From NCBI GenBank assembly GCA_963850905.1, contig CAWKMU010000003.1, positions 576,001-640,000 on the forward strand: DNA of 64,000 nt. Direction: 5' to 3'. The notes under the pieces are model-generated. The model had not been told where the DNA came from. It saw only the letters and a program-made list of their open reading frames with translations, and did not search any database. The position numbers and the translations under genes were made by a program. Below, piece by piece: positions 43,128 through 52,636 of this stretch (its first letter is position 1; each line of letters begins with the position of its first letter). Source of the stretch: an uncultured Gemmatimonadales bacterium. GTDB lineage: Bacteria > Gemmatimonadota > Gemmatimonadetes > Gemmatimonadales > Gemmatimonadaceae.

Positions 43128-44798
43128 ATGTATTGCGCCCAATGCGGCACCCTGGTTTCTGCAAACTCTCGCTTTTGTGTCGGATGTGGCGTGCGCGTGA
43201 CAGACCCGGCCGCGGCGGCCGCGGGCACGCTCACGCTGACAGCGAGCGGGGACGAGCAACTTCTCAGCTCCGTGCGCCGCGCCCTGGCGGCAGAGTACGA
43301 CGTCGAGCACGAGCTCGGGCGCGGCGGGATGGCAGTGGTGTTCAAGGCACGCGACAAGGAGCTCGACCGACCGGTCGCGCTCAAGGTGCTGCCGCCGGAG
43401 CTCGCGCCGGTCGCGACGGTCGCAGACCGGTTCAAGCGCGAGGCAAGGCTCGCGGCCTCGCTCGATCACCCGAACATCATCCCGGTGTATCGCGTCGCCC
43501 AGGCGGGCGGCGTGCTGTATATGGCGATGAAGTTCATCGACGGACGTTCCCTCGATGCAGTCGTCGCGGACACCGGACCGCTCCCCCTTGCGGTCATCCT
43601 GACGGTGCTGCGGGCGGCCGCGCGAGCCCTCGCTTTCGCACACGACCACCGCATCGTCCACCGCGATATTAAAGGCGCGAACATCCTCATCGATCGCGAT
43701 GGACGCGTCGTGGTGTCCGATTTCGGCATTGCGCGGGCGGTCGAGTCGTCGACGCTGACGGCGACCGGCGTCATGATCGGCACCCCGCACTTCATGAGCC
43801 CCGAGCAGTGCTCGGGCAAAGCCGTCGGTCCGCAGTCGGACCAGTACTCGCTCGGCGTCGTCGCGTACCAATTGCTCACCGGTTCGGTGCCGTTCGACGG
43901 CGACTCACTCCCCGAGATCCTGCAACACCACTGGTTCACGCCGCCGCCCGACATCAGCATGTCGCGCCCGGATACCCCCGCCGCACTCACGGCCGCGGTC
44001 CTCCGGCTGCTCGCGAAAGATCCCGCCGAACGGTTTCAGTCGACCAACGATCTCGTCGCCACGCTCGAGAGCATCCCGTTCCCTGCGGCCGAGCGCGCGG
44101 CGGGAGAAGCAAGACTTCGCGCCCTCGCCGCCCCGAAGGCTGCGGCGCCCGTCGCAGGAGCCGGTCACACCGTCCCCGCCCTCACGGCCCCCCCAGCAGA
44201 CGTTGCGCCTGCCGCACCCGCTCCAGCGGCACCCGGCCCCGCTGCAGTTCCGCGAACCGGCGCGCGGCAGGCCGCGCCAACGCAACCGATCGCAGCGACG
44301 TCGCACACCGTCCCCGCAACTCAGGTCGCACCTCGCGGAGCTTTGGAGGTGCAGCCGGCTCCGGCGAGGTCGGCCGCCACCGTCGTCGAGGGGGCACGCG
44401 GCGACGCGCGCGGTCCGGCCGCCCAAGCACCGACTGCGCGACGGAAGCCGCCAGCGCCGGCGCGACGCGGCCGCAGCACGAGACCCTGGCGTCTCGTTGC
44501 CAGCGTGCTCGTCGTGCTCCTGTGCCTCACTGGCGTCGTCAAAGCGGTCAGTGTCCGCCGAAGCGCAGTGGCAGCCGGCAAATCGCCCGCGCTGCCGCCC
44601 CGCCTCGACGCGACAGCCATGCGGGACGCCGGTGACAGAGCGTACCGGGCCGGCGCCTACGAGCTCGCCCGCCGCTTCTTCGTGCGAGCCGTAGCCGCCG
44701 ACCCGACCGACCAGCGCGCCCAAGACCAACTGGCGTGCGCGCTATCGAAGCTCGGTCGCACCGATGGCCCGCAGCCGAGCAAAGGGAGTTGTGGGTAG
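43128..44798 (+). CDS. Hanks-type Ser/Thr protein kinase with N-terminal zinc ribbon, TM and TPR-like C-terminus
   Basis: CAQC..CVGC, GRGGMAVV, VALK, HRDIKGAN, DFG and GTPHFMSPEQ. Confidence 0.93.
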   Translation: MYCAQCGTLVSANSRFCVGCGVRVTDPAAAAAGTLTLTASGDEQLLSSVRRALAAEYDVEHELGRGGMAVVFKARDKELDRPVALKVLPPELAPVATVADRFKREARLAASLDHPNIIPVYRVAQAGGVLYMAMKFIDGRSLDAVVADTGPLPLAVILTVLRAAARALAFAHDHRIVHRDIKGANILIDRDGRVVVSDFGIARAVESSTLTATGVMIGTPHFMSPEQCSGKAVGPQSDQYSLGVVAYQLLTGSVPFDGDSLPEILQHHWFTPPPDISMSRPDTPAALTAAVLRLLAKDPAERFQSTNDLVATLESIPFPAAERAAGEARLRALAAPKAAAPVAGAGHTVPALTAPPADVAPAAPAPAAPGPAAVPRTGARQAAPTQPIAATSHTVPATQVAPRGALEVQPAPARSAATVVEGARGDARGPAAQAPTARRKPPAPARRGRSTRPWRLVASVLVVLLCLTGVVKAVSVRRSAVAAGKSPALPPRLDATAMRDAGDRAYRAGAYELARRFFVRAVAADPTDQRAQDQLACALSKLGRTDGPQPSKGSCG

Positions 44799-44829
44799 AG
44801 CGAGACGCTAGACGCTGGACGTCTCGCTC

Positions 44830-46710
44830 CTATGAGCTCACCGCCGCTTCCTGCACGGCCCCGGCCCTGTTCCCCTCCACGACGCGATCCGCGCTCCCCC
44901 ACACCACCCATCGCCCGGAGGTGGTTTGCGTCGCGATGCGCGCGGGCAGCGTCACGCTGAAAACGCTGCCTCGTCCGACGACACTACTCACCACGATGTC
45001 GCCGTCCATGAGACGCGCCAGCCGCCGCGACACCGATAGGCCGAGACCCGTGCCGCCGGCGCGCCGCGTCGCCTTCTGCTCGACCTGCCAGAAGGGATCG
45101 AAGATGCGGTCGAGGAACTCGGCGGAAATGCCGATGCCCGTGTCGCCTATCGTGAGCTCGAGGCCACGATCGACCAACCGTGCCCGCAGCCATACACTGC
45201 CGCCCGCGTCCGTGAATTTGACCGCGTTTGACAGCAGGTTGACGAGGATCTGCCGGACTTTGTGCGGATCGGTATGGACCACGAGCTGGGGATCGAGTCG
45301 CCCCACCGTGAACGTCACGCCTTTCTCCGCAGCCAGAGGCTCGATCAGCGCGGCCGCTTCATCCAGGACGTTGTTGACCCTCGCGACCTCGTAACGGACT
45401 TCTTCTTTCCCCGCTTCCGCGCGCGAGTAGGTCAGGATCTCGTCGATCAGCTGCAGGAGATGCCGCGCGCTGACCTTGATGCGCCCGAGCTGTTGTTGTT
45501 GCGCTTCCGTCACCGGGCCCGTGATCCCGTCGGCCAGCAGCTCCTGGTATCCGATGATGGCGCTGAGCGGCGTCCGCAGCTCGTGCGACATGACCGCCAG
45601 GAAATCGCCCTTTGAACGGTTCGCGCTCTCGGCGTCGCGGCGCGCGGCCTGTTCGCGGACGAGGAGCCGGGCGCGTTGTACGTCGGTCGCATGCACCACA
45701 CGTGCGCTCCGGGCCACGAGCCAGACGAGCGCCACGCTGCTCGCGACCACGAAGAGCGACGGGCCATCCGCCCGGTCCCAGAGATCTGCGCGCTGCCCCC
45801 ATAGCCAGATCCAGCCCAGCACGATCGGCAGGAGGACTGCCGCCGGCAGCAGTCGGCGGGCCAGGACGCCGCCCGCCGCGTCGTCGATGAGAATCGCGGC
45901 GAGGCCCGCGGTCCGGCGGGCGAAGATCGTTCCCACGCTGAGCGCGGCGACTGCAACCGCCGTGAAGATCGACATGCCGCCGATGTGGGCAATGTTGTAC
46001 AGATGCGCCGCCCCGTTCACATACCCGACGATCGCGGTGAAGGTGACGAGCAGCGCGATCGTAGCCGCCCACTGCGCGGGGCGACGCCCGCGCTTCAACT
46101 CGATGTCCAACGTCGCCAGCGACAGCCCAAGGAGCAGCAGCGGAATCGTTGCGTTGGCCGCCGGGCGTCCGGGAGCGAACGCCGGCCCGACCGCCTGCAG
46201 CGCTTGACCGAACAGCAGGAGATCGACGCCGATGCTGCGCCCGGTCACGATCTCGTACGTGAAAACGCTGGCGAACACGATGACCGCGCAGGCGAGCACG
46301 CGCGAAAGCACCAGCGACCAGGTGGGCAGCGAGCGATCACGCCCAAACCACAGCGACGCACCGGCGAGCAGCAGGCCGACGCCCGTGAGCGGCCATACCA
46401 CCAGGCCACTACGGCTCCACGCGAGCACAAGTGGCCCTCCGATCGCCCAGACCGTCAGCACGGCGATCGCGAATGCAACGACACCCGCCCCAGCGAGCCC
46501 GGGCAACCGTAGGAAGAACTGAATCCCCCGGCGCGGCGCGACAACCATGGCCCCAAGGTGCTTCACGGCCGAGTGAACCCGCAAGGCGGCGCGCTGGACC
46601 GAGTCCTCGCGACCAGCCTCCTCACCGTCCGGCGGAACGTCGTGCCGGTATCCCCGTGTCACCGTTCCGGCAACCTTCGCGACAACGCCGTCCGTGAGCC
46701 GCCGGTGCAC
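44830..46710 (-). CDS. Multi-TM sensor histidine kinase
   Basis: SHELRTPL, NLLSNAVKF and GTGLGL. Start may be 46548. Confidence 0.9.
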   Translation of the reverse strand: MHRRLTDGVVAKVAGTVTRGYRHDVPPDGEEAGREDSVQRAALRVHSAVKHLGAMVVAPRRGIQFFLRLPGLAGAGVVAFAIAVLTVWAIGGPLVLAWSRSGLVVWPLTGVGLLLAGASLWFGRDRSLPTWSLVLSRVLACAVIVFASVFTYEIVTGRSIGVDLLLFGQALQAVGPAFAPGRPAANATIPLLLLGLSLATLDIELKRGRRPAQWAATIALLVTFTAIVGYVNGAAHLYNIAHIGGMSIFTAVAVAALSVGTIFARRTAGLAAILIDDAAGGVLARRLLPAAVLLPIVLGWIWLWGQRADLWDRADGPSLFVVASSVALVWLVARSARVVHATDVQRARLLVREQAARRDAESANRSKGDFLAVMSHELRTPLSAIIGYQELLADGITGPVTEAQQQQLGRIKVSARHLLQLIDEILTYSRAEAGKEEVRYEVARVNNVLDEAAALIEPLAAEKGVTFTVGRLDPQLVVHTDPHKVRQILVNLLSNAVKFTDAGGSVWLRARLVDRGLELTIGDTGIGISAEFLDRIFDPFWQVEQKATRRAGGTGLGLSVSRRLARLMDGDIVVSSVVGRGSVFSVTLPARIATQTTSGRWVVWGSADRVVEGNRAGAVQEAAVSS

Positions 46711-47105
46711 TAGCGAAGCCGCTCAGCGGCCTCGGCGATGCGATCGATGTAACTGGCCACGGATTCCTCCGGCCCGCGCGCCGGCAGCACGTACGCAGGA
46801 TCGTCGGGCTGCTCGACTCGGCTGAGGTGCCGCGCGGTCGGGGTATCGATGAACAGGTCACCGCCCTGCGCCTCCACCGCAGACTCGAACTGGTCGACCG
46901 CGTCGAGGAGATCCGCCATCTCGCTCGGTGACTCACGCCCCGTGAGCCCCACGCCGCGCCCCCGCAGTCGAGCAGCCACCTCTTGCTCGACGCTGTGCCG
47001 CTCCTCATCCCGGTGCGGGTCGAGCGCGCGCTGCAACTCTTCAAAAGTGCCCCGCTCGACCGGCGGACTGGGGCGTTTTTCGGATGGAAGGCGAGGATCC
47101 GTCAT
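46710..47105 (-). CDS. Hypothetical protein
   Basis: Coherent 131-aa ORF (FESAVEAQGGDL..PDDPAYVLP). Confidence 0.65.
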   Translation of the reverse strand: MTDPRLPSEKRPSPPVERGTFEELQRALDPHRDEERHSVEQEVAARLRGRGVGLTGRESPSEMADLLDAVDQFESAVEAQGGDLFIDTPTARHLSRVEQPDDPAYVLPARGPEESVASYIDRIAEAAERLR

Positions 47106-47290
47106 CGAAATCGTACCGAACGGTCAACGGGTGAGTGTGCGCTTTCGGGGCTCAGAGACCACGCCGGCCCTACAGATCGCCAGTTGCCGTTGCAGTATAG
47201 CGCGGATGGCACTCGCGCGGAGGCTCCACTCAGCGCGACACAACCTACCGAGCTCCGCTGTACTCGCCTACTGCATCCGAACTTCTTGCT

Positions 47291-48065
47291 TCACGCCGCG
47301 CCGGCAAACCGGTCGAGCGTCGCCCGTTCTTCGGGAGTGAGACTGCGCACGCCCGTTTGATCCACCTTGGCGAGCAACCGCACGATCTCGTCGCGATTGA
47401 CGGGATGCAGATCGTCGAGACGGATCTCACGCCATCGCCGTAGTTGATCGCCGTCGCCGAACACGCGCGGCTGCGCCGTGGGCCCGACCTGACGCCGCCA
47501 TTGTCGCGCCGGCGATCGCCACGCGTGGACGGTCAGATAGAGAAACCCGGCGGCCGCGCCCCCAAGGTGCGCGAAGTGGGCAACCCCTGCGCCACCGATC
47601 CCGAACGCACCGCTGAGATCCCGAGATGACGTAAAGCAGGATCAACAGCCACGCCTCGACCGGCACGACGCCGTAGAGGTAGAAGCGCACGCGCGGCCAA
47701 TACCGCGCAAACGCGACCATCACACCCATGATCGCCCCCGACGCACCAACGATCGGCACCATGCGAGTCGCCGGGATCGCAAACGAGAGCAGTGCGCCCG
47801 CGATGCCACTGATGAAGTACAGCGTCAGAAACGATCGCCCCCCCAACCGCTCTTCGACGCGCGGCCCGAACCAGAAGAGCGCCAGCATGTTGAAGAGGAT
47901 GTGCAGCCACCCCCCGTGCACGAACAGATACGTGATCGTCGTCCACGGGCGCACGAGGATGAACGCGGGCACGAACCACAGCATCTGGGTGAGCGGCGGG
48001 TACAGCTGCTGTGCAACGAACACAACGACGTTCAGGACAATGAGCCGCAGCACCCAGGGAGTCAT
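47291..48065 (-). CDS. Rhomboid intramembrane serine protease with C-terminal helical domain, frameshift near 47625
   Basis: HILFNM and GASG motifs, then AHFAHLGG...LLAKVDQTGVRSLTPEER in the shifted frame. Confidence 0.88.
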
Positions 48066-48107
48066 GGCGGAAAGTTAGTGAAAATCCGGGATTCGGGATT
48101 CAGAACG

Positions 48108-48257
48108 TCAGGCTCTCTTGAAGAACTGCACCGCCCGCTCATGCTGTTCAGCCGCCTTCCGTGTCTTGAACGTGCCGAGGTTGCGCCGCTTTCCCGTCTT
48201 CGGGTTCCGCTTCTTCGAATACAGACGATACTCACCGGATTTGAGTTTTCTGATCAT
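48108..48257 (-). CDS. Small basic protein (49 aa)
   Basis: GAGGAGG RBS; MIRKLKSGEYRLYSKKRNPKTGKRRNLGTFKTRKAAEQHERAVQFFKRA. Confidence 0.8.
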   Translation of the reverse strand: MIRKLKSGEYRLYSKKRNPKTGKRRNLGTFKTRKAAEQHERAVQFFKRA

Positions 48258-48340
48258 GCTTGCCTCCTCGCTCTCAGCACGTTCGCCATCGTGGTCGTCG
48301 CGGTCAGCGCCTGATTCACGTCGAGTGGATCGAGTGTCGT

Positions 48341-48806
48341 CTACAACGCGTAACTGGTGCCGCCGCCGCTCGCCGTCAGCGTCGTGTCGTCCACCGCGAC
48401 GTGAGTGCTGATGTCGACGGTCGCAGGCCGCCCGCAACTTTCGCCTTCCAGTAGCCCGACGCCGTCCGGCGAATCGACACCGCAAGGCCAATCAACTTCT
48501 GCGCGCGTGACAGTCGACATCCGACCAGCAGGCAGCGACCACCGTGACGGCACGATCCTGAGATGCCCGGCCGAGAGATCTGGGGCTGCCATCGGCGGCG
48601 GCATTCCGATGGGCACCCCGCTCGCGTCGAGCGCCGGGGAGGATCGACAGCGCAACGGTGCCGAACTCGACTGGAGTACCGTGCGCACTCGGCAACGCCC
48701 GCGCAACTCGAGCCTCCCCAGCGGTTTGAAGCGCCTCGAGCCCCGCCACGACGGTCGGGAGGAGCGAGAGGATGAGGCCGCTAAAGATGAGAAAAATTCG
48801 GCGCAT
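48341..48806 (-). CDS. Hypothetical exported protein, probably frameshifted
   Basis: Signal-like MRRIFLIFSGLILSLL; plausible continuation in the 48341-48706 frame. Confidence 0.3.
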
Positions 48807-48986
48807 TGGTGGAACCGCCGTTCAGCGTCGGGGTTCGAAACGCTGGAAAATGGAGTTGCAACCTAATTGCTGATGTGTCCGTTATTCCTCGTGTCGACGC
48901 TGGCCTGACGCTTGCGTTAGCCCTCACCCGCGTCACCCCAGCTGCTACACACGAGTCCGCTGCTTACTCTCACTTGGACTGGCCCC

Positions 48987-49304
48987 ATGAATCAGACGGC
49001 TGTTGCCTCCCCGCGGCCCGCTGTGACGCACCACCTGGATCACGCTGAGCTGCTGCTCCTGGACAACGCCATAGCCCGCCTGGCCGAACGCTACATCGCG
49101 AACGGAACGCTGAGCGCCGCCCAGCGCGGCGTGCTCGGCGAGTATCGATCAGACCTGGCCGCATTGGCGCCGGACTTGGCCGGTCCAGCGCGTGAATACG
49201 CCGATCAAGTGATGGCGTTGGCGCGCACGATCCTGGATGCTCAACCGGACGCGACCGTTCTCGAGCTCGCCGATGGCTCGGGCGGCGCACACCGGGCAGC
49301 GTAA
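48987..49304 (+). CDS. Hypothetical helical protein
   Basis: 105-aa ORF with amphipathic helices. Confidence 0.5.
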   Translation: MNQTAVASPRPAVTHHLDHAELLLLDNAIARLAERYIANGTLSAAQRGVLGEYRSDLAALAPDLAGPAREYADQVMALARTILDAQPDATVLELADGSGGAHRAA

Positions 49305-49324
49305 GGGAAAAGCGGGATCAGGGT

Positions 49325-50836
49325 TCAGAGCCCGTACAACTCCCCATACTTCGCTCGCAGCACACTCACCAGGATCGCAACGTTCGGCGGCTCGCCGGTT
49401 GCACGTTGCACCAGAGCCGGCGCGCTGAGGCTGTGGCCATGCCGGTGCACGTTCGCGCGGAGCCAGTCGCGCAACGCGCCAAACTCGCCGCGAGCCATCG
49501 CCACGTCGAGATCACCAATCGCACGCTCCGCCGCAGCGTACAGCTGCGCGCTGTACACATCCCCGAGGGTGTAGCCAGGGAAGTAGCCGATCGACCCGGC
49601 CGCCCAGTGAATGTCCTGGAGGCATCCCTCCGCATCGGTGGCCGGAGCCACGCCCAGGTATTGCGTGTACAGCGCGTTCCACGCCTCGGGGACATCGCGC
49701 GCCGCGAGCGTACCGGAGATGAGCTGCCGCTCGAGCTCGAATCGCACGAGCACGTGCAGGTGGTACGTGAGCTCATCGGCCCGTACCCGGTTGGTAGACG
49801 GCGCGACCGCGTTCGCGGCGAAGTAGGCCTCTGCCGTCGACAACCCGCCCAACGCGCTGGGAAACGCATCGCGAAGCACCGGCAGACAGTAGTGCCAGAA
49901 GGCGTGGCTTCGCCCGACACGATTCTCCCAGAGTCGCGCCTGGGCTTCGTGCAGCCCGTGGGACGCCGCTTCGCCGAGTGGAGTGCCGAACTCGCGCGGG
50001 TCGAGCCCCTGATCGTACAGGCCATGACCACCCTCGTGCAGAATGCCGTAGAGCGCGGCCGTCACGTCCTGCGTATCGTAGCGAAGGGTGAGTCGGCAGT
50101 CGCCGGGACCAATGTGGATCGCGAAGGGGTGGGCACTCGTGTCGAGTCGCCCCGCCGAAAAATCGAACCCGATCGCCGCTGCGATCGACGCCATGACCGC
50201 GTGCTGCTGCTCGATCGGGTACGTCGCCTGGAACGCGTCTCGGCGGGGCTGACGGGACGACGACGTCACCGCAGCGACCAGCGGCACGAGCTCGACCCGA
50301 ATGCCGTCATACAGCCGGCAGATGTCGCGCGTCGTCGCACCCGGCTCATACTCGTCGAGCAGCGCATCGTACGGCTCGTCGACGTAGCCGATCGCGTCCG
50401 CTTCCGCCCGACGCAGAGCGACAATGCGCTCGAGCCACGGACGAAAGCGCGCGAAGTCGTCGTCCGCCCGCGCGATGACCCACTCCTGCTGCGCCAGGGT
50501 CGTGACGCGCGACAGCTCCTCCGCGATCGCAAGCGGGATCCGCGCCTCGCGATCAAAGGTCCGGCGAATCTCCCGCACATTGGCCGCCTCGGGGGATTCG
50601 GGGTCCCGCACGAGCGGCGAGGCCTCGACGATCTCCAGCAGCTCCCGCGTACGTGGGTCGGTTGCGCGCCCGTGCAACTGCGTCGTCAACCAGGCCGACT
50701 GATCGCTTCGGTGTGCGAGGCCGGCCGCGGGCACGTAGGTCTCCTCATCCCACGACAGCAGATCCACGCATGACGCGATGATCGCCTGTTCTCGTGCGCG
50801 ACCGATCAATTCGACGTAGGCCGATTCGGCATCCAT
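49325..50836 (-). CDS. M32 family carboxypeptidase (Taq-type)
   Basis: YDALLDEYEPG, HPF, HEGGH, HEAQ, RVRADE, GCLQDIHW and GYFPGY. Confidence 0.93.
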   Translation of the reverse strand: MDAESAYVELIGRAREQAIIASCVDLLSWDEETYVPAAGLAHRSDQSAWLTTQLHGRATDPRTRELLEIVEASPLVRDPESPEAANVREIRRTFDREARIPLAIAEELSRVTTLAQQEWVIARADDDFARFRPWLERIVALRRAEADAIGYVDEPYDALLDEYEPGATTRDICRLYDGIRVELVPLVAAVTSSSRQPRRDAFQATYPIEQQHAVMASIAAAIGFDFSAGRLDTSAHPFAIHIGPGDCRLTLRYDTQDVTAALYGILHEGGHGLYDQGLDPREFGTPLGEAASHGLHEAQARLWENRVGRSHAFWHYCLPVLRDAFPSALGGLSTAEAYFAANAVAPSTNRVRADELTYHLHVLVRFELERQLISGTLAARDVPEAWNALYTQYLGVAPATDAEGCLQDIHWAAGSIGYFPGYTLGDVYSAQLYAAAERAIGDLDVAMARGEFGALRDWLRANVHRHGHSLSAPALVQRATGEPPNVAILVSVLRAKYGELYGL

Positions 50837-50981
50837 GCGGGACTCGTGCCTCACCAACGCGGCGCGCGCACCCGGGGCCAGGGGCGGCCGGTCTGGTGCG
50901 AGCGCGGTACGCGCCGCAAACTAGCCATCATGGCGCAGGCTTCCTACCCCGACCGGGAGTGCGCCCCGCGCGCGCCGCAGC

Positions 50982-52412
50982 GTGCGATCGCCCGCTGAAG
51001 CGATCGGCCTGAGCGACCGTGCGCTGGATGCCCTCGTCCAGGCGGCGCTCGCGCGCATCTCCCCGCGCGCGCTCAAGCGACTGGACACCGCGTTGCACGC
51101 GGAGGCGGAGCGTGGACGACTGACATACCTGCGGGACGGCGAACCAGAGACGGTTCGCGTATTCCCGTACCCCATCGTGGTCGTGCCCGAGCAAGTGCAG
51201 TACGTGCACGCGGTCACGCTCGCCGTCCAGAACGCACTGAAGCGCATCATCGAGTTCTATCGCGGAGACGCGGGCGTGCGCGCTCTGCTCCCCCTGACGG
51301 GGGGCGAAGAGCGGTGGTTGTGGGAGTGCCTGGGTCCGAGCCTGCACGTGTCGAATCCGGTGTTTGGCCGACTCGACGCCATCGCCGACTTCGCAGGACC
51401 CGAGTGGCAGGACTCGATCCGGTTTCTCGAGCCGAATCTCACGGGAGTCGGCGGCCTGCACATGGTGCCGACGTGCGACCGTATCGTCACCGATCTCGTC
51501 GTGCCCATTCTGGCGGCCACCGAGCCCGGCCTGACGCTCGAGCGCGGGCAGGACGTGCGTGAGCTGCTGTTGCAGACGGTGCTCGATCATGGCCGCTCGA
51601 TCGGGCGGCGCGTGCAGCACCTGTGTCTCGTCGAGCCGAAGTACGCCGGAAGCGGCCCCGAAGAGCAACAGGCACTGGCCGAATACCTGCGTCGGGAATA
51701 CGGCCTGCGGATCACGCACGCGGATCCGGCGGAGTTGGAGCTCAAAGGCGGCGACGTCTGCTACAGCGGCTCGCCGATCGACATCGCGTATCGCGACTAC
51801 GCCGTGGCAGACCTCCTCGAGCTGGAGTCCGAAGGGGTGGACATCGAGCCGATGCGCGTGTTGTTCCGGCAGAATCGCGTCGTGTCGTCGATCGCGGGAG
51901 AGCTGGATCACAAAAGCAGCTTCGAGATCCTGACGTCACCGCAGTACGCGGACCGGTACTTCACGGCGGACGAGCGCCAGCTCTTTCATCGACATGTCGC
52001 ATGGACGCGCGTGGTCGCGGAGCGCCGCACCGAGTTGCCCAACGGACGCTCGGCCGAGCTGGTGCCGTGGATCCGGCGCCAGCGTGAGCACCTCGTCCTC
52101 AAACCGAGCCGCGGCTACGGGGGCGATGACGTGGTGATCGGCCCGAGCGTGACCGAGGCGGTCTGGGATGCGACGCTCGAGCGCGCACTGGGCGGCAGCG
52201 ACCAGTGGGTGACGCAGACGCTCGTCCCGATCTTCGACCGAGAGTATCGGATCGCCGACGACGGTGACACGCGGCTGGTCCACGTGTTCACCGTCCTCGG
52301 GTTCTTCGCCAGCCGCGATGGCCTTGCCATGATGGCGCGCGCGTCGCGCGCCGACGTCGTCAACGTCGCCCAACACGGCGGCCTGTGCGCGGTGCTGATT
52401 GGGAGGGCGTGA
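50982..52412 (+). CDS. Circularly permuted ATP-grasp peptide ligase (glutathione/glutathionylspermidine synthetase-like)
   Basis: R-x-D (GRLD), E-x-N (FLEPN), DHK, LKPSRGYGG and VVNVAQHGG. Confidence 0.8.
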   Translation: MRSPAEAIGLSDRALDALVQAALARISPRALKRLDTALHAEAERGRLTYLRDGEPETVRVFPYPIVVVPEQVQYVHAVTLAVQNALKRIIEFYRGDAGVRALLPLTGGEERWLWECLGPSLHVSNPVFGRLDAIADFAGPEWQDSIRFLEPNLTGVGGLHMVPTCDRIVTDLVVPILAATEPGLTLERGQDVRELLLQTVLDHGRSIGRRVQHLCLVEPKYAGSGPEEQQALAEYLRREYGLRITHADPAELELKGGDVCYSGSPIDIAYRDYAVADLLELESEGVDIEPMRVLFRQNRVVSSIAGELDHKSSFEILTSPQYADRYFTADERQLFHRHVAWTRVVAERRTELPNGRSAELVPWIRRQREHLVLKPSRGYGGDDVVIGPSVTEAVWDATLERALGGSDQWVTQTLVPIFDREYRIADDGDTRLVHVFTVLGFFASRDGLAMMARASRADVVNVAQHGGLCAVLIGRA

Positions 52413-52424
52413 GGGGCCAACTGC

Positions 52425-52636
52425 GAACGGCGGGGTCAGGGATCAGGGGTCACGGATCAGGGGAACCAAAGGAAAGGCAGGTCCCCCTGCACCGTGACCT
52501 GCCCTGGACCGGTAGGGGCGACGCATTGCGTCGCCCGCCGTGGCCGGGCCGAACGACGACAAATCGGTGCACCAACACCGCTCCAGCCTCCGCGCTTTGT
52601 TCCCTGACCCCTGACCCCTGATCCCTGACACCGTTC
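52425..52636. repeat. Composite heptamer element with REP (52512-52536)
   Basis: GAACGGCGGGGTCAGGGATCAGGGGTCA paired with TGACCCCTGATCCCTGACACCGTTC. Confidence 0.9.

Noticed and set aside
48821..48850. tRNA-like GGTTCGA motif
   Set aside because: Forms only a simple hairpin; no cloverleaf.
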